Below, piece by piece: positions 59,112-64,000 of a stretch of DNA of 64,000 nucleotides. This stretch comes from Escherichia coli. GTDB taxonomy: Bacteria; Pseudomonadota; Gammaproteobacteria; Enterobacterales; Enterobacteriaceae. The stretch's first letter is position 1; each line of letters opens with the position of its first letter. The notes beneath the pieces were generated by a model. That model worked only from the letters and a program-made list of their open reading frames with translations, was not told where the DNA came from and ran no database searches. The translations under genes and the position numbers were made by a program. The stretch lies in NCBI RefSeq assembly GCF_016026235.1, contig NZ_CP065613.1; one strand, given 5' to 3'.

Positions 59112-59407
59112 TTCAGGCGCTTCGCGAAGTATGTCGCGGCCTTTTGGAGGATAGCCAGCTCTTCATCCCGTTCTGCCAGCTGGCGTTTGAGACGTGCAAT
59201 CTCGGTAGACATCTCCAGTTCACGTTCAGAAGACGTCTGCTGATTTTGCTGTTTACTGCGCCAGTTGTAGAGCTGTGATTCATACAGGCTGAGTTCACGG
59301 GCTGCGGCAGTAACACCGATGCGTTCAGCAAGCTTCAGGGCTTCACTGCGAAATTCAGGCGAATGCTGTTTACGGGGTTTTTTACTGGTTGATACTGTTT
59401 TTGTCAT
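59108..59407 (-). CDS. insE: IS3 transposase OrfA (HTH)
   Basis: Start [29 protein letters not shown]; ~99 aa. Confidence 0.88.
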   Translation of the reverse strand: MTKTVSTSKKPRKQHSPEFRSEALKLAERIGVTAAARELSLYESQLYNWRSKQQNQQTSSERELEMSTEIARLKRQLAERDEELAILQKAATYFAKRLK

Positions 59408-59580
59408 GTGAGTCACCTCTGACTGAGAGTTTACTCACTTAGCCGCGTGTCCACTATTGCTGGGTAAGATCAATAACGGTACGACAGCTGTGTCGTGCCG
59501 TTTGTTTTCTCTGCGATAGTCACAAAGGTAATAGTTGAAATTCCCCTGCCACCTGGCAAAATATCCGTTCAACCATCAGC

Positions 59581-59630
59581 TTTGCAGGACGACCTGCAAA
59601 CGCGTCTTTTCACCGGGGACGGCCCCAATT
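59581..59630 (+). ncRNA. guanidine-II riboswitch (mini-ykkC) in gdx leader
   Basis: Two short hairpins with ACGR loops: gcaggACGAcctgc (59584..59597) and ggggACGGcccc (59615..59626), followed by SD GGAG and gdx ATG at 59645. Confidence 0.8.
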
Positions 59631-59644
59631 CTCCGGAGCCTGAT

Positions 59645-59962
59645 ATGTCCTGGATTATCTTAGTTATTGCTGGTCTGCTGGAAGTGGTATGGGCCGTTGG
59701 CCTGAAATATACCCACGGCTTTAGTCGTTTGACGCCGAGTGTTATTACTGTGACGGCGATGATTGTCAGTATGGCGCTACTTGCCTGGGCGATGAAATCG
59801 TTACCAGTAGGGACGGCTTATGCCGTGTGGACGGGTATTGGCGCAGTCGGCGCGGCCATCACCGGCATTGTACTGCTCGGTGAGTCCGCTAACCCGATGC
59901 GCCTGGCGAGTCTGGCGTTAATCGTATTGGGGATTATTGGTCTGAAACTCAGCACTCACTAA
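59645..59962 (+). CDS. gdx: SMR-family guanidinium exporter
   Basis: Start [22 protein letters not shown]; 105 aa, 4 TM; ORF-track upstream extension is probably not translated. Confidence 0.9.
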   Translation: MSWIILVIAGLLEVVWAVGLKYTHGFSRLTPSVITVTAMIVSMALLAWAMKSLPVGTAYAVWTGIGAVGAAITGIVLLGESANPMRLASLALIVLGIIGLKLSTH

Positions 59963-60492
59963 CTACCGGGCTGCTGTACCCAAATAAACTTACTGACATC
60001 AAACCCTTCCCGGGTCGCGACTGCCAGCATCTCCTGTTTCACTTCGTCAGAAATGGTTGGCGTGCGGGAGAGTATCCACAGGTAGTCGCGGTCCGGGCCG
60101 CAAACCAGCGCATGGCGGTATTCCCGATCAAGTGCAATGACGTTATAACCGCCATAGAAAGGACCAAAGAATGACACTTTCAGCGCAGCGCGAGTTGGTA
60201 CGCCGGTAAAGTACGCTTTCCCTTCACTCTGCTGCCACATTCCTCTGTCAGGGTTATAGCCTTTATTAATGACATTCAGGCCGCCGTCATCACGCAGGCT
60301 GTATGTTGCGGTGACTTTTTCCAGTCCACGTTCAAAGCGGTGATCAAAACGGGCAATCTCATACCAGGTACCGAGATAGCGTTTAGCGTCGAAATTATTC
60401 ACTACGGTCACGCCACGCGGCGGCGTAGGAGAACTGCAGGCAACGACCAGAAATGCAGCTGTCGCTGCGGCAACGAGAGGGAGCAGGCGCAT
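59959..60492 (-). CDS. blc: outer membrane lipocalin Blc
   Basis: 177 aa; lipobox VVACSS. Confidence 0.9.
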   Translation of the reverse strand: MRLLPLVAAATAAFLVVACSSPTPPRGVTVVNNFDAKRYLGTWYEIARFDHRFERGLEKVTATYSLRDDGGLNVINKGYNPDRGMWQQSEGKAYFTGVPTRAALKVSFFGPFYGGYNVIALDREYRHALVCGPDRDYLWILSRTPTISDEVKQEMLAVATREGFDVSKFIWVQQPGS

Positions 60493-60580
60493 AAATGTTT
60501 CCTTACTGGTTTTTTTCTAAGTGTAGATGACAGCAAGGAAAAGCGGAGAAAAGGTCCGAAAATTCGGACCCGATGAAATT

Positions 60581-62136
<1,556 letters not shown>

Positions 62137-62146
62137 CTCAGGCTCC

Positions 62147-63279
<1,133 letters not shown>

Positions 63280-63287
<8 letters not shown>

Positions 63288-64000
63288 TCGCCTTCTCCTT
63301 CTTATTGGCTGCTTCCGCCTTATCGGCTGCATCCGCTTCGCCACCGTAAACGCGTTTAGCTGGCGGCAGCGTAGTAATCTTCACGTCGCTGTACTCCAGG
63401 CGAGTCGTGCCATCAGCATCGCGGAAGGCGAGGGTGTGTTTGAGGAAGTTGACGTCGTCACGCTCGGTGCAACCTTCGTCCAGACGCTGGTGTGCGCCGC
63501 GGGACTCTTTACGTGCCATTGCGGAGTGCGCCATACATTCAGCAACGTTCAGACCGTGGCCCAGTTCAATGGTGTAGAGCAGGTCGGTGTTGAACACGCT
63601 GGAAGTGTCGGTGATGCGCACGCGCTTGAAGCGTTCCTGCAGCTCTGCCAGCTTGTCGATGGTTTTCTGCATCAGTTCCGGCGTACGGTAGATACCGCAG
63701 CCTTCTTCCATAGCCAGGCCCATTTCGTCGCGGATCTTCGCCCAGTTTTCGCCGCCATCCTGGTTAACCAGATCTTTCAGACGTTGTTCAACGCCAGCTG
63801 CCTGCGCTTCAATTGCCGCTTCGTTGCCATTACCGGCAGTTGCTGCACGCTCTGTCGCTTGTTCACCGGCCAGACGGCCGAAGACCACCAGTTCCGCCAG
63901 GGAGTTAGAACCCAGACGGTTTGCACCGTGCAGACCAACAGAGGAACATTCACCCACGGCGAACAGACCTTTAATGCGGGTTTCACAGTTCTGATCGGTT
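63280..64000 (-). CDS. frdA: fumarate reductase flavoprotein subunit, 3' portion only (gene continues past window end)
   Basis: In-frame ORF open to window end; C-terminal sequence ...[40 protein letters not shown]. Confidence 0.9.

Larger units (their letters stand above)
58215..59472 (-). mobile_element. IS3 insertion sequence (1258 bp), complete
   Basis: Terminal inverted repeats TGATCCTACCCACGTAATATGGACACAGGCCTAAGCGAG (58215..) and revcomp TGATCTTACCCAGCAATAGTGGACACGCGGCTAAGTGAG (..59472); flanked by 3 bp direct repeat ATA (58212..58214 and 59473..59475); orfA/orfB organisation. Confidence 0.92.

Noticed and set aside
58215-59472. Initial impression that the IS3-family element was IS150
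   Set aside because: Element length is exactly 1258 bp, OrfA is ~99 aa and the termini begin TGATC, which fit IS3 rather than the longer IS150 (~1.44 kb, larger OrfA).
59495-59644. N-terminal extension of gdx (ORF-track 155 aa version)
   Set aside because: The extension would translate through the riboswitch hairpins and lacks an SD; the canonical [12 protein letters not shown] start at 59645 has a GGAG SD.

Overview
This window is an Escherichia coli-type chromosomal segment running from the phosphonate (phn) operon to the fumarate reductase (frd) operon, with gene content and order matching the well-characterised phn-frd region. About 65 protein genes, tRNA-Phe (pheU), REP/BIME repeats, several intrinsic terminators and a guanidine-II riboswitch can be supported. 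Gene identities come from recognising the translated ORFs, not from any database search. I found no undescribed multi-gene system. The features that depart from the familiar layout are two insertion sequences: (1) a ~1.29 kb IS10-like (IS4-family) element inside cadC, flanked by a 9-10 bp target duplication, whose transposase is itself frameshifted; cadC is split while cadBA stay intact. (2) A 1258 bp IS3 copy with a 3 bp ATA duplication between ecnB and gdx(sugE), just upstream of the gdx riboswitch. phnE is an uninterrupted ORF here, unlike the frameshifted K-12 allele. Coordinates of gene starts are my best reading of the ORF track against remembered protein N-termini and may be off by a few codons.
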